The translations under genes were made by a program, and so were the position numbers. 64,000 nt of DNA from an uncultured Eubacteriales bacterium (GTDB lineage: Bacteria > Actinomycetota > Coriobacteriia > Anaerosomatales > JAAXUF01). The stretch is taken from positions 445 through 64,444 of the forward strand of contig CAZIPT010000002.1 of NCBI GenBank assembly GCA_964541375.1, written 5' to 3'. This document shows, piece after piece, positions 34,870 to 45,154 of the stretch (the first letter of the stretch is position 1; each line of letters starts with the position of its first letter). The notes below the pieces were generated by a model that had not been told where the DNA came from, searched no databases, and saw only the letters and a program-made list of their open reading frames with translations.

Positions 34870-35517
34870 ATGACCGACCACTCTGTCGCGGTTCCGCTTG
34901 CGGCCAGCACCGAGCCGCGGTTCTTCGACACGTACGCGCTCGTGTACGCGTTCATCCTGACGTTCCTGATGCCCGGTCTTGCGGTGATGAGCACTCTGCC
35001 GTTTCGCACCTACACGCTGGCCTACGTATCGGCGTTCGCCGGTCCGTTTGTGCTTGGGTTGCTGGCAACCTTCGTCACCGACAGCACGGATCCGTGGCGT
35101 CGCGTCGCCCTGCGCTCGGCAATCCTGATTCCCATCGTAAGCGTGACCGGCGTGACCGTCCTGTTCACCGGCTCGCTCACCGTCTTGCCGATCAGCCCGC
35201 TCCTCAAGCCCGGGAACGGTGCGGTCACCACTCCAATCGCGGTCGCGTTGCTGGCGCTGCTGGCCTCGCCCCTGGTGTATGCGCTGTACCAGCGGTTGCG
35301 AAGGCGACCCGACTGGCGCGCCGTGGCGCAGATCCTCGCGCTCCTGATCGCGCTAGGAGTTGCGGGATGGATCGGCTACATGATGCTCGGTACGCCGGGC
35401 GAACTCCGTGGCTTCGCGCGCAAGGACCTCACCATCTACGTCACCGGCGCGGTGATGTGGTACCTGCCGTCGTTTGGCATCGCCGCTGGTGCGTGGCGGG
35501 CTGTCGGCCTGGTGTAG
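34870..35517 (+). CDS. Polytopic membrane protein, function unknown
   Basis: GGAGGAATGC lies upstream of the ATG. About six hydrophobic segments. Confidence 0.55.
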   Translation: MTDHSVAVPLAASTEPRFFDTYALVYAFILTFLMPGLAVMSTLPFRTYTLAYVSAFAGPFVLGLLATFVTDSTDPWRRVALRSAILIPIVSVTGVTVLFTGSLTVLPISPLLKPGNGAVTTPIAVALLALLASPLVYALYQRLRRRPDWRAVAQILALLIALGVAGWIGYMMLGTPGELRGFARKDLTIYVTGAVMWYLPSFGIAAGAWRAVGLV

Positions 35518-35525
35518 GCAAGCGG

Positions 35526-36047
35526 CTACTTGTTACTCGGACCCACCTGAAGGGTGATGGATGAGGTGTAGCCGTCGCTGCTGTCGGAGCCGGTGACAAC
35601 GTTCACGGAAAGTGCGCCCTTGTCGGCAGCGACCATACCCCCGTCGCCGGTTGCGACCGTAGAGGTGATGGTCCAGCCGCCCTTTTCGAGCTCCGTCTTG
35701 TACCAGTCGAGCAGCTCGGTCTGGGGCACCTTGAAGCGGATGTTGATCATGTAGGACTTGCCGTTGGCCGTCTGATTGGTGATGACCGCCTTGACGGTGC
35801 CGTCGTCGCGCATAGGCACTTCGGATGGGAAGTCGGCGGGGATCTTGGTGTCACCGGACACGGTGGCCGCGGAGCCGTCCTTGCCTGTGATGGTCACCGA
35901 GTCGCCTTTGACGTCGACAGCGCCACCCGTTGCGTTCTTGATCGCGCCCTCCGTGGCTTTCTGTGCGATCAACTGGCATCCCGTTGCCGAAATGGCCAGT
36001 GCAGCAAGACAGGCGACCACTACTGCGGTCAGAACTCTGCGCTTCAT
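35526..36047 (-). CDS. Lipoprotein, function unknown
   Basis: GAGGGGAG lies upstream. Lipobox ISATGC. Confidence 0.6.
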   Translation of the reverse strand: MKRRVLTAVVVACLAALAISATGCQLIAQKATEGAIKNATGGAVDVKGDSVTITGKDGSAATVSGDTKIPADFPSEVPMRDDGTVKAVITNQTANGKSYMINIRFKVPQTELLDWYKTELEKGGWTITSTVATGDGGMVAADKGALSVNVVTGSDSSDGYTSSITLQVGPSNK

Positions 36048-36177
36048 GACGGTACTCCCCTCGACGGCGTCCCTACCTGTACTTTACGCGCTGGAGCCGA
36101 TTTCGTAACAGAGGCTCGGGAAAAGGCTCTGGCTGCGCCGCAACGAGGCGATTCTCGAATCGCAGCGCGACCCAGGG

Positions 36178-38061
36178 CTAGCGGGGCGCGAGTTGAATGT
36201 CGAGTGCGAGGTCTCCCGCAAGCGGTGCGGTTAGCAGCACGCGGTCGCCATCGATCCTGACCGGCACCGCGCTATCCGACGCGACAAGCCATGCTTTGGC
36301 TGCGCTGATACGCCAACCCGGCGGCGCCTTGACGCTGACGGCCGTGGGGATGTCCTCGAGATCGGCCTGCCTCAGAACATAGAGACGGTACTGTCCGGCG
36401 CCATCGGTTTGAGCGCCGGGCACCGCGCGCACAGCCCCGGGCACCCTGGCCGTGAGAACCTCGGTGTGGCTTTGACCGCGGGCCACGTTGAACATGCGGG
36501 TCTCGGCGGGGAATCCGAACTCCGTCATCGTCGTGGTCGTTCCGCCTCCCGGGCGCGTAGCCGGAAACTCGGTACCGGGAATGCGGTACACCCTGAGCCA
36601 GTCCCGGAAGTCGGGCGGCAGGTCCGGATGGTACGGCCCCGTGTTCGCATAGCCGAGGGTAAGCGTCGTCTCGGCGGACCGGTCAGGGCGCAGCACCACC
36701 GCATAGTCGATCGCCTTCTTCATGGCGAAGTTGACCTTGCCCGGTTTGTTCATGGCGTTGGAGATGGCGACCACGTCGGTGGTTCCCTCGGGCGGGGAGA
36801 CTCGACCCGACCAGTGAAGCGCGTCGACCGCGGCCTCCGCTCGCGGGTCTGTGAAGTACATCTGTATGTGCTTCGCATCAGCGGCCTTGCCGAGCACCTC
36901 GGCGACCTTCTTCAGCTCCTCGGGACTCGCCGACATCAAACGCTTCTCGAGTTCGTTCGCAAGTTCGATCAGCACGTTCTTGCGATCGGGCTGTCCGCCC
37001 TTGAGCACCTGAGTCAGATAGAGCAGTCGCCCCAGAAGGTTCTCAGCAGTGAAGGTCTCCTTCTGCGTCGGGGCCGTGACCGGACCGAGAACGCGGAGCA
37101 GATCAGCCATGACCACTGTGTCAATCATCACGATGCCATCGACTGGTTGCTGTCGGGCGCCACTCCAGAAACCGAGCATCGCTTCAGCGCTGGTTGGGAA
37201 GTCGATCCACCAGTTGGCGTTGCGGAAGTTGAAGTCCTTGCCCTGAAGTGCGCCAAGAGGCGGTTCGACGCGAACCGGTGGGTTCGGGAGAACGAAGACA
37301 TCCTGGTAGCTTTCGAGCTTTACTCCCGACGAGCCGACGTTGACGATACCGAAGCTCCCTGCCCATCCGCCGGTTGGGCGGAGTTCGGCACCGTCTTGAG
37401 AGATGATCAGGATTCGATGGTCTCCGTCGAGCAGGTACGCGCCCAGGTCGAGCAGCGCGAGACCCCTGCCGCCCAAGGGCCGCGTCGCCTTGCTCAACGC
37501 CGACCGGATTGACCGTACGGCGCGAGCCAACGGGGGTATCAGCCCGTCGGCCGAGAGTGTCTCGGCGCGGCTCGCAGCGGCCGAGAGCGACGTCAGCGCC
37601 TTGCCCCCGTGGGCGATTCGCGAAGAAAGGGCGGCCGTGGCCTGCCCCTTTGTGGGCGCCGAGCCGGCCGCCGGGGCCGATCCGCCCAGAACCTCGGCCA
37701 GCTCGACGCCTGCGGTCGATCCGTCGAGCCCGATGCGCGCCAAGGCTTGTGCGGCCGCGTACTGGCGCCTGGCCCACGGTATCGAGTTCGCGGCGCCCGC
37801 GAGCCATCCGGCACTGAGCGATCGGTCGAGTGAGGCGAAGCTCTCGCGAGCGTCGCGGAACTCGGCGATCGCCGCAGTCGCATCCATGGACGCGAGGCTC
37901 TTCGCACCCGCCTCGGCCTGCGCTTTCCCAGTTGCCGCCGTGGAGGTGATACCCCGCGCCCAGAGCGCGAGTGCCACCGTTGCCGCGGCGACAAGCGCAA
38001 CCAAGACGAGCACCACGACTATGCGGCGACGAGAACGATTCATGACACGAGAGTAGACCAT
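36178..38061 (-). CDS. DUF4012-family membrane-anchored protein (common in actinobacterial cell-envelope glycan loci)
   Basis: N-terminal TM helix, about 620 aa, and the central motif ISQDGAELRPTGGWAGSFGIV that I associate with DUF4012. Confidence 0.65.
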   Translation of the reverse strand: MVYSRVMNRSRRRIVVVLVLVALVAAATVALALWARGITSTAATGKAQAEAGAKSLASMDATAAIAEFRDARESFASLDRSLSAGWLAGAANSIPWARRQYAAAQALARIGLDGSTAGVELAEVLGGSAPAAGSAPTKGQATAALSSRIAHGGKALTSLSAAASRAETLSADGLIPPLARAVRSIRSALSKATRPLGGRGLALLDLGAYLLDGDHRILIISQDGAELRPTGGWAGSFGIVNVGSSGVKLESYQDVFVLPNPPVRVEPPLGALQGKDFNFRNANWWIDFPTSAEAMLGFWSGARQQPVDGIVMIDTVVMADLLRVLGPVTAPTQKETFTAENLLGRLLYLTQVLKGGQPDRKNVLIELANELEKRLMSASPEELKKVAEVLGKAADAKHIQMYFTDPRAEAAVDALHWSGRVSPPEGTTDVVAISNAMNKPGKVNFAMKKAIDYAVVLRPDRSAETTLTLGYANTGPYHPDLPPDFRDWLRVYRIPGTEFPATRPGGGTTTTMTEFGFPAETRMFNVARGQSHTEVLTARVPGAVRAVPGAQTDGAGQYRLYVLRQADLEDIPTAVSVKAPPGWRISAAKAWLVASDSAVPVRIDGDRVLLTAPLAGDLALDIQLAPR

Positions 38062-38225
38062 CGGCTGGACTCCAGCGAGAAGCTGCGCCGCTTCCTACCA
38101 GTCACAGAGAGGGGTCGGAGCCAGCCGCAGCAATGGACGTACGAGTCGGGCGATGCCCGGACAGTCCCGACATCGCCCGACTGAGCGTGGCACTTGGGTG
38201 GGGCGCGACTGCCGTCGCCCTTCGC

Positions 38226-40370
38226 CTAACGAATCCGCAGAGTCTTGGTCGCGGCCGAGCTAGCGGCGGGAACGCTTCCACCGGCGACTACGGTGCGCGC
38301 GCGGTACTTACCGGCCTTGAGACTGGTGCGCACCTTGTAGGTTGAGGAGGGATTGACCACGCGCACCCTCCGGTACACGCGCCAATGCTTCTTCGTGTAG
38401 CGCTCAACCTGCACTTCGAGGACCACTGGCGACGAGGCCACGTTCATGATCGGTGCCGCAGCAACCGACATGGCGGCAGCCGTTGAGCCGAGCTGCACCG
38501 AGCCGGATACCGTGTAGGTGTGGCTGCTCCTCTTGCCGACACGCCTGACTGCCGGCTTGGTCACGACGGTCGGGACTACCGGGGCGGCCACCACCGGTGC
38601 GGCGGCCACATTGATCGAGACAGGTGCGGCAGCCGAGTACTCGGTGCCGTTGTAGACGCGGTAGGCAAAAGAGTCGACGCCCGAGAAGTCCGCGGCCGGC
38701 GTGTACGTGAAGCTGCCGTCGGCGTTCACAGACAGGGTGCCGTGTGCGGGCTGAGTCACGACCGTGGCGGTCAGGGATCCGCCATTCGGGTCGGTGTCGT
38801 TGCCGAGAAGCCCTGGCGCCGCAGCGTTGAGCGTCGTTGCGTTGGCGACGGAGTAGGTGTCGGCCTTGGCGGTCGGCGCCGTGACGGCCACCGGTGCCTC
38901 GCGAAGTACGATCAGACCGTCCTTCGGGGGGATGGTAACCGCGGTGACAAGGCTGCCGTCGTTGACCGTCGGCGCCTGCGTCCCCTTGATCTTGCGGAAC
39001 ACGCCTTCAAGGTTCACGGTGACCGCTACGTCGGTTGAGTTGACGAGTGCCAGACCGTTCTCGTAGTCGCGGCGGTAGACGTCGGGAGAAATCGCATAGG
39101 CAGCGGCGACCGGCGATCCGAGATAGCCCTTGCCGGCGCCGGCGTTGTCGTATTCGTCGTACCAACGACCGACGATGCTGTGGGTGTTGGTGGACGCCTC
39201 ATAGGCGTAGTAGCCATTGCCCAGGAGGGCAGTGGTCAGACCCCAGCGCATCATGCGGTAGTCCGTCGCCGCGCCGTAGGTCATGACCGTCGACAGGTTC
39301 GGGGCCGAACCGATGGAGCACCAGTCGAGGTAGGATCCGCGGTTGGTCCCCCTGGGACCGATAGCTTTCCGGTGCCAATTCGCCGTTGTCATGCCGGCTT
39401 CCGGGAACGCCTCAAGAGTCGAACCGTTGACTGCGGCTAATCCCGGAGGGGCGTCGTTGGTCAGGATGATGGCGCTCTGACCCACCAGCGTGCGGACGGT
39501 CGTGAGGGAGCCTTAGATGCCAGCCCGCCACGCGGCGTCGAAGTTCGTGTAGTTGACCTCGGCGCTCGGCGTGTTGCGGTCCGCGATCGTACGGAAGCCG
39601 GCCCCGCCGCGGAAGGTATTGGCGTAGTCCGCGATGCAGACGTCGATGAGGACGCCGTCCCATTTTGCGGCCGAGTAGACGCCTGCGGTCCGACGAGCGA
39701 ACCAGTCGCGCGCACGCTCAGTGCCGGTTCCGGGGGTGGCGAACGCACCGGTCGCCCTGCCCAGCGGGCAGTTCGCGGTCATGTCGAGCGTGACGGCGTT
39801 GTTCCATGCCGAGACCCCCGGGGCGACGCGTGCGCCACTCGTGTGGGCTGCTGCCGTCGAGCCGGCAAACCCGCGCTTCACGGTGAGAGTGGTGCCCACT
39901 GCGGTCACGACGCACCGCTCGTTGTCGATGATGATGAGGTCATTCACGCGGAACTTGCTGGTGTCGACAACCGAAACCGAAGTGGCCGAAGCGGTCAGGC
40001 CGGCCGAGAGCGTTGAGCCGACTTGCGTCAGGATCCAGGAGTTTGGGATTGCGGCCAGACGCTGGGCGTCATAGGCCACCTCGTTTGTGGCCGAGTAGTC
40101 CACCTCGGCCGCGCTCGAACTCGTGAGCAGAATCACGCCGGGGTTGGCCGAGCGCAGGGAAGCGATGGCATTCGTGTCCGGCCGCAGCGGATCGCTGTTG
40201 TAGGGTGCGTAGTAGTCGAGCTTGGTGTTTTCGGTCGCGGTGGCCGAGCCCCACCAGTGCCCCAAGCGCGGATAGCCTGAGTTCTGTGCGAGGGCAGGAC
40301 TGGCTGAGATAAGCACCACGAGGATGGCCACGGCGAGCACGGTAGCGCCGAACGTCGCGCGCCGAGTCAT
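38226..40370 (-). pseudogene. Surface glycoside-hydrolase-like (GHL-type TIM barrel) protein with cadherin/Ig-like modules, interrupted by a single in-frame TAA at 39513-39515
   Basis: ORFs 39513-40457 and 38226-39485 share one frame. Read-through gives ...NFDAAWRAGI*GSLTTVRTLVGQSAIILTNDAPPG..., which is continuous within one domain. The N-terminus has a signal peptide MTRRATFGATVLAVAILVVLISASPALA. The C-terminus has the Ig-like DTDPNGGSLTATVVTQPAHGTLSVNADGSFTYTPAADFSGVDSFAYRV. Confidence 0.6.
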
Positions 40371-40894
40371 GCGGGGGAATTGCACTGAGTGGGCAAGCAG
40401 CATTTCAATCATCCTGTCGGTCTCTGAGACGCAACGAACCCGGTCCCTCTGGCGCACTTACGCCGTCAGGGCCAGGTCCGAAATCTCAGAGCCAGCAGTC
40501 CTACGGCAACCCGGCTGTCATGGGGAGTCCGTGAGGATTCCCTTTAGACCCGTGGCTTTGCGAAGCCGGCTTTCACCGGCGGTGCCTTTGTCACTAAGAG
40601 GAGAGTCGCTGCTTTTCTCTTTTCAACGCACCTATCTATTCGGCAGAAAAGGGCTCCGACTTGAGGCGCCGGCGAGGCGCGATGGTTGCCGTCTTGTGAG
40701 ATACGTCACAGAGAGACACGCTCGGCGCCGTTGTCTTTCGCAATCCGGAGCGTTTGCGCAGGTGCGCAGCGAAGGCGGCCGTTCACCACAAGCCACGGCG
40801 CGGTGAGGTGCGCTCGTAGCGCGCCTCAGGCATTGACTAGGTGCGTGACGACAAAGCATGGCTTTCGAGCTGGGGGCGAGCGGTGCCGACCTGT

Positions 40895-42121
40895 TCAGCC
40901 GAGAACTGAGCCGTACACGTCGAGGAGACGTTGCAGGTAGGCGTCGAGGCCAAGCGTTTGCGCGGTGGCCAGGGCCCCCGTGCTCAGTCGACCCTGGAGC
41001 TCGGTCGACGAGGCCAGCCTGCCCATGGCCTGCGCGAGCGCTTCATAGTCACCCGCCGTGTACAGAAGCCCGTTCTCGCCGTCCTGCACGAGTTCGGGCA
41101 GTCCTCCCATGGTCGTGGCGATCACGGGACAACCGCGACCGAACGCCTCGGTTACGGCGAGAGGGCTGTTCTCGTACTCCTCGGAAGGGACGACGACAGC
41201 GAGCGAGGCATCTCGCAACACCGCCAGTTCTGCGGGGCCTACCCGACCGTGAAACGTGACCCGGTCGGGTGCGATCTTGTCGGCCAGAGAGCGGAGTTCC
41301 CCGGACAGCGGGCCCTCGCCGGCGATGTCCACCTTGCAGTTCGGGAGCAGCGCCACGGCTTCAATTACCGCGTGGGCGCCCTTCCCGGAGTCGAGCCTCC
41401 CCGTGTAGACGAAGCGATCGTCCCGAGGTTCGCGAGCGAGCGGTATGCGCTCTTCGGGCATGAAGTTTGGCAGGTGCACGAAGTCCGAGCTATCCCATCC
41501 AAACTCGGCGAACTTCGACACGATGAACTCACTTGGCGCCACGAATCGGCTGACGCGGCGCTTGGGGTCGACCGCCTTGCAGACCTCTGCTTCGATCGTC
41601 GCAACCAGACTCGCGGCCAATGAGTCCTTCTTGCAGCGGTTGAGCGTGCACTGGAGCACGCGGTTGGGCTTGCAGCGCTCACATACCGCGCCGCGAACAG
41701 CCAATGCGGTGTTTGGGCACAGAAGTTTGAAGTCGTGAAGAGTCCAGACCACAGGGATCCCACGTCGATGCAGCTCGACCAGCACTGACACGGTCAGGTG
41801 CGAGTGGATGTTGTGCAGGTGGGCGACGTCCACAGGCCAATCCTGAACCAATTCACCTATGCGACGAGCGGCATCTCGCGAATAGATCGACCTGCGAAGA
41901 ACCTGTAGGGCGGCTGCGGCCGACTTCTGCCTGTTCAGCTCGACGAAGTCGATGTGCGGCATCCAGTAGTCCGAGTCCGGCGAGGGCTCGTTCTTGGGAT
42001 CGTCCATCCCGAAGAACTTGACGTCGTGCCCCAAAGCTTTCAGACCCGACTCAAGCGCGAGTGTGTGGACCTCAGCACCCCCACGCGCGTAGTGGTACGA
42101 GTTGACAAGTAGAACACGCAC
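40895..42121 (-). CDS. Glycosyltransferase family 4
   Basis: (V)RVLLVNSYHYARGGAEVHTLALESGLKALGHDV N-terminus. C-terminal EEYENSPLAVTEAFGRGCPVIAT (the E-x7-E region). Confidence 0.85.
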   Translation of the reverse strand: MRVLLVNSYHYARGGAEVHTLALESGLKALGHDVKFFGMDDPKNEPSPDSDYWMPHIDFVELNRQKSAAAALQVLRRSIYSRDAARRIGELVQDWPVDVAHLHNIHSHLTVSVLVELHRRGIPVVWTLHDFKLLCPNTALAVRGAVCERCKPNRVLQCTLNRCKKDSLAASLVATIEAEVCKAVDPKRRVSRFVAPSEFIVSKFAEFGWDSSDFVHLPNFMPEERIPLAREPRDDRFVYTGRLDSGKGAHAVIEAVALLPNCKVDIAGEGPLSGELRSLADKIAPDRVTFHGRVGPAELAVLRDASLAVVVPSEEYENSPLAVTEAFGRGCPVIATTMGGLPELVQDGENGLLYTAGDYEALAQAMGRLASSTELQGRLSTGALATAQTLGLDAYLQRLLDVYGSVLG

Positions 42122-42295
42122 CTGCAGGCCTCACTTCGTTGAAACCCCGGACCCCGTCGTGCGACAGTATACGCATGCAGCCCGATGTGAACCCGCCCCA
42201 CGCTCCAGAGAAGCCGTGACTTCCGGCGGGTAGTGCAGATGCAGCCGGCTCGAAAGCGGCTCGGTGGTTCCGGGCCGGAATACCCCCGCGATGCC

Positions 42296-43240
42296 ATGAA
42301 GGGGCGACAGTTGAGCGACCCCCGCCCCACCGTTGCAGCGCACTCGGGCGGTAAGTCCGCGGCCAAGGCGATCGTCTTTGCGTGCCTCCGATACTCAGGT
42401 GTCGCGTTCCTCCTCCGTCATACCGCTCAGCGACGATGGGGCACTGTGCTCGGGTACCACGATCCGGACCCGGAGACGTTTGAGCGCCATCTCGCCGTCC
42501 TGACCCGCCTGTACTCAGTCGTGCCCCTGGAGACGCTCCTCTCGGCGCGTCGCACAGGTGACCTGCGGCGTCTGCCTCGGCGTGCCCTGGCCATCACTCT
42601 CGACGACGGCTGGGCGGGCAATCGCGCGTTGCTCCCGTCGCTGGAGCGCTGGGAAGTCCGAGTAACGGTCTTCTTGTCCACGGCGATCGTCGGCACACGC
42701 AGGCACTACTGGTGGACGCATGTCACCGACAAGTCCGAGCAGGAGCGGTTCAAGGGTCTCGGCAATCAGGAGCGCCTCGCCGCTCTTGCCGGCGTCGGGT
42801 TCGCCGTTGAGACCGAGTACCCCGATCGGCAGGCGCTGTCGATCGATGAGATAGACGAACTGATGCCGTTTGCCGACTTTCAGGCGCACGCCCGAACGCA
42901 TCCCATTCTGCCGCGCTGCTCAGACGATCAGGCGAGATGGGAGATTGAGGGCTCGGCCGAGGACATCGGTACGATCACGGGTGATCGGGCGCAGGTATTC
43001 GCCTACCCCAACGGAGATTTCTCGGACAGGGACGCTGATCTCGTCAAACAAGCAGGCTACGACTGTGCCTTTTCGATCGATCCCGGATACTTCCGAGAAG
43101 GGGATGACCCCTATCGCTTGAGCCGGGTCTACATGGATGACGCCGCGGACATCAACGAGCTGGTCGTTCGAGCCAGCGGCGCCTACGGGATACTCCTCGA
43201 GTGGCTTCGTGGTCTACGCGGCTCGGACAGTCCGGCCTGA
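42296..43240 (+). CDS. Polysaccharide deacetylase (NodB-type, CE4)
   Basis: ITLDDGW and HARTHPIL motifs. The start is uncertain; the ORF track begins at 42233. Confidence 0.75.
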   Translation: MKGRQLSDPRPTVAAHSGGKSAAKAIVFACLRYSGVAFLLRHTAQRRWGTVLGYHDPDPETFERHLAVLTRLYSVVPLETLLSARRTGDLRRLPRRALAITLDDGWAGNRALLPSLERWEVRVTVFLSTAIVGTRRHYWWTHVTDKSEQERFKGLGNQERLAALAGVGFAVETEYPDRQALSIDEIDELMPFADFQAHARTHPILPRCSDDQARWEIEGSAEDIGTITGDRAQVFAYPNGDFSDRDADLVKQAGYDCAFSIDPGYFREGDDPYRLSRVYMDDAADINELVVRASGAYGILLEWLRGLRGSDSPA

Positions 43241-43491
43241 GGCAACCCCGAACGGATCTTCCGGCGTGAGTCCACGCGGCGGCGTCAACATGAATCGCTA
43301 ACCCGATTCAGGAACCGCCTGATGATGACGATAAGGGGGATGTCTGCGTCGCCGTACCGAGATTCGCAGAAATCGGGTCTGGGCTGGCTCGACTGCGTGG
43401 GGGCGGTGGCACGAGGCAGCGCGTAGTATAAGTAGTGGGGCACTGGTACAGTGCTTCTCTCAAACTGGACATACAGGGTGTTGGAGGTGCA

Positions 43492-45081
43492 GTGAAGCTT
43501 CAGAACCTTCTCGGCGTATTGCGTAAGCGAGGTGCGATCGTTGTCGTCACGGCGACAATTGTCGTGCTGGTGGCCTTCGTGATCAGCGTCGTCACCCCGC
43601 GGACGTACCAGAGTGATGCCTCGATCCTGGTAACGCAGCAGAACGTCGGTACGGTGCTGCTCGGGTCTCCCCAGACCTACCAAAGCGACCAGGCCTTGCA
43701 GCGCGACATCCAGACCCAGGTGGACGTGATGCAGTCGCCGGTCATTCTAGGCAAGGTCATCGAATCGCTCGGTCTGGACACATCCGTCAAGCGGCTCGCA
43801 GATCGCGTGAGGGTTACCTTCAACGGGGCGACAAACATCGTGACCGTCAGCGTCACTGCCTCAACGCCAGATGCCGCCGCGGCGACCGCCAACGCCATCG
43901 CATCGAGCTACGTGGACTGGTCGCGAGAGCGGCAGCGCGCGAGCATCAGGGCCGCAAGCGCTGACGTTCAGACCCGTCTTGCGGCGGCCCAGAAGAGAAT
44001 CGTCCAGATCCAAGCCGAGATATCGTCGGGAGACAAATCGGGTTCGGGTCAAGTGGAGCTCAAGGCTGCCCAGGAGACCTACGCATCGCTCGCCAACAAG
44101 CTCGAGGACCTCAATATCAACGAGCAGCTTTCGACGGGGTCCGGAAGCGTCCTGACGAGTGCGACTCCGTCCCCCGTTCCGGCGTCCCCGAAGCCCGTGC
44201 GCAACGCGGCGCTGGGACTGGCACTAGGGCTGATGCTGGGTCTGGGGATCGCGTTCGTCACGGAGGCTCTGGACAACACGATCAAGTCGACCGAAGTATG
44301 CGAGGAGATCTTTGGAGCACCGGTGTTGTGCACCATCCCGATGGAGAAGCGGTCGAAGGACGCTCCGCGGGGTATCGCGCTCATTGAGGATCCCGGTGGC
44401 AGCGCGGCTGAGGCCTACAGGATCCTAAGGAACAACCTCGGGTTCATCAACTTCGAGCACGACATCAAGACGGTGCTCGTTACCTCGGCACTCCCCGATG
44501 AGGGCAAGTCGACCGTGGCTGCGAATCTAGCCGCCGTTCTTGCGCGCACAGGGAAGAACGTCGTGCTCGTAAGCTGCGATTTCCATCGGCCGGGTTCGGC
44601 CCAGCTCTTCGATCTGAGCGGCACCTTCGGCCTGTCCGACATCCTTCGCGGCACGATCGACGCCAAGCAGGTCTTGGAGCACCCCAAGGGGCTCGATCTC
44701 AACACCCTCTGGGTCATTCCCGCCGGCAGCAAGCCCCCGAATCCCAGCGAGATTCTGGGCTCCTCGGCCATGGGTGCGCTTATCACCAGCCTTGCGGCGT
44801 CGTCGGACTGGGTCATCCTGGACTCTCCCCCGATGCTGGTGCTCGCAGACGCTGCGGCGACAGCGCGATGGGCGGATGGAGCGCTCGTTGTTGTTCGCGC
44901 AAACAAGTCGACGCGTGCATCGTCGCGCAGGATGGTCGAGCAGCTCAGGAATGTCGGCTCGCGTATCTTCGGCGAAGTCATGTGGGGGCTCAGCGAATCG
45001 GTGGCTCCCGGCGGCTACTCGAACTACGGCATGACCTCTTCTGCGCGCGCGGACGAGGCTAAGGGAACGCACGCATCCTGA
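43492..45081 (+). CDS. Chain-length determinant (Wzz) fused to a BY-kinase (CpsD/Wze-like) tyrosine autokinase
   Basis: GTG start with GGAGGTG upstream. It has an N-terminal TM helix, a coiled periplasmic-type domain and a second TM helix. Walker A is SALPDEGKSTVAANLA and Walker B is VILDSPP. Confidence 0.85.
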   Translation: MKLQNLLGVLRKRGAIVVVTATIVVLVAFVISVVTPRTYQSDASILVTQQNVGTVLLGSPQTYQSDQALQRDIQTQVDVMQSPVILGKVIESLGLDTSVKRLADRVRVTFNGATNIVTVSVTASTPDAAAATANAIASSYVDWSRERQRASIRAASADVQTRLAAAQKRIVQIQAEISSGDKSGSGQVELKAAQETYASLANKLEDLNINEQLSTGSGSVLTSATPSPVPASPKPVRNAALGLALGLMLGLGIAFVTEALDNTIKSTEVCEEIFGAPVLCTIPMEKRSKDAPRGIALIEDPGGSAAEAYRILRNNLGFINFEHDIKTVLVTSALPDEGKSTVAANLAAVLARTGKNVVLVSCDFHRPGSAQLFDLSGTFGLSDILRGTIDAKQVLEHPKGLDLNTLWVIPAGSKPPNPSEILGSSAMGALITSLAASSDWVILDSPPMLVLADAAATARWADGALVVVRANKSTRASSRRMVEQLRNVGSRIFGEVMWGLSESVAPGGYSNYGMTSSARADEAKGTHAS

Positions 45082-45154
45082 GTCCACGACGGACATTCCG
45101 GGTGGTGGATGGGAGCGCGACACTTCGGCGCGTCACGCCAGGGGGAGACGAAGA

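Noticed and set aside
39486-39512. Treating 39513-40457 and 38226-39485 as two independent genes.
   Set aside because: They share a frame with a single TAA between them. The downstream part has no SD or signal peptide, and the protein sequence is continuous across the stop. An interrupted single gene is more parsimonious.
40441-40700. Attempted assignment of the structured intergenic region to cobalamin or ydaO (c-di-AMP) riboswitches, SRP RNA or RNase P RNA.
   Set aside because: Only short partial resemblances appear (AGGGAAUCC, GACAGCC...CGUAGG, CCAGGUCCG). The order and spacing of the conserved blocks do not fit any of these families. It is reported instead as an unassigned element.
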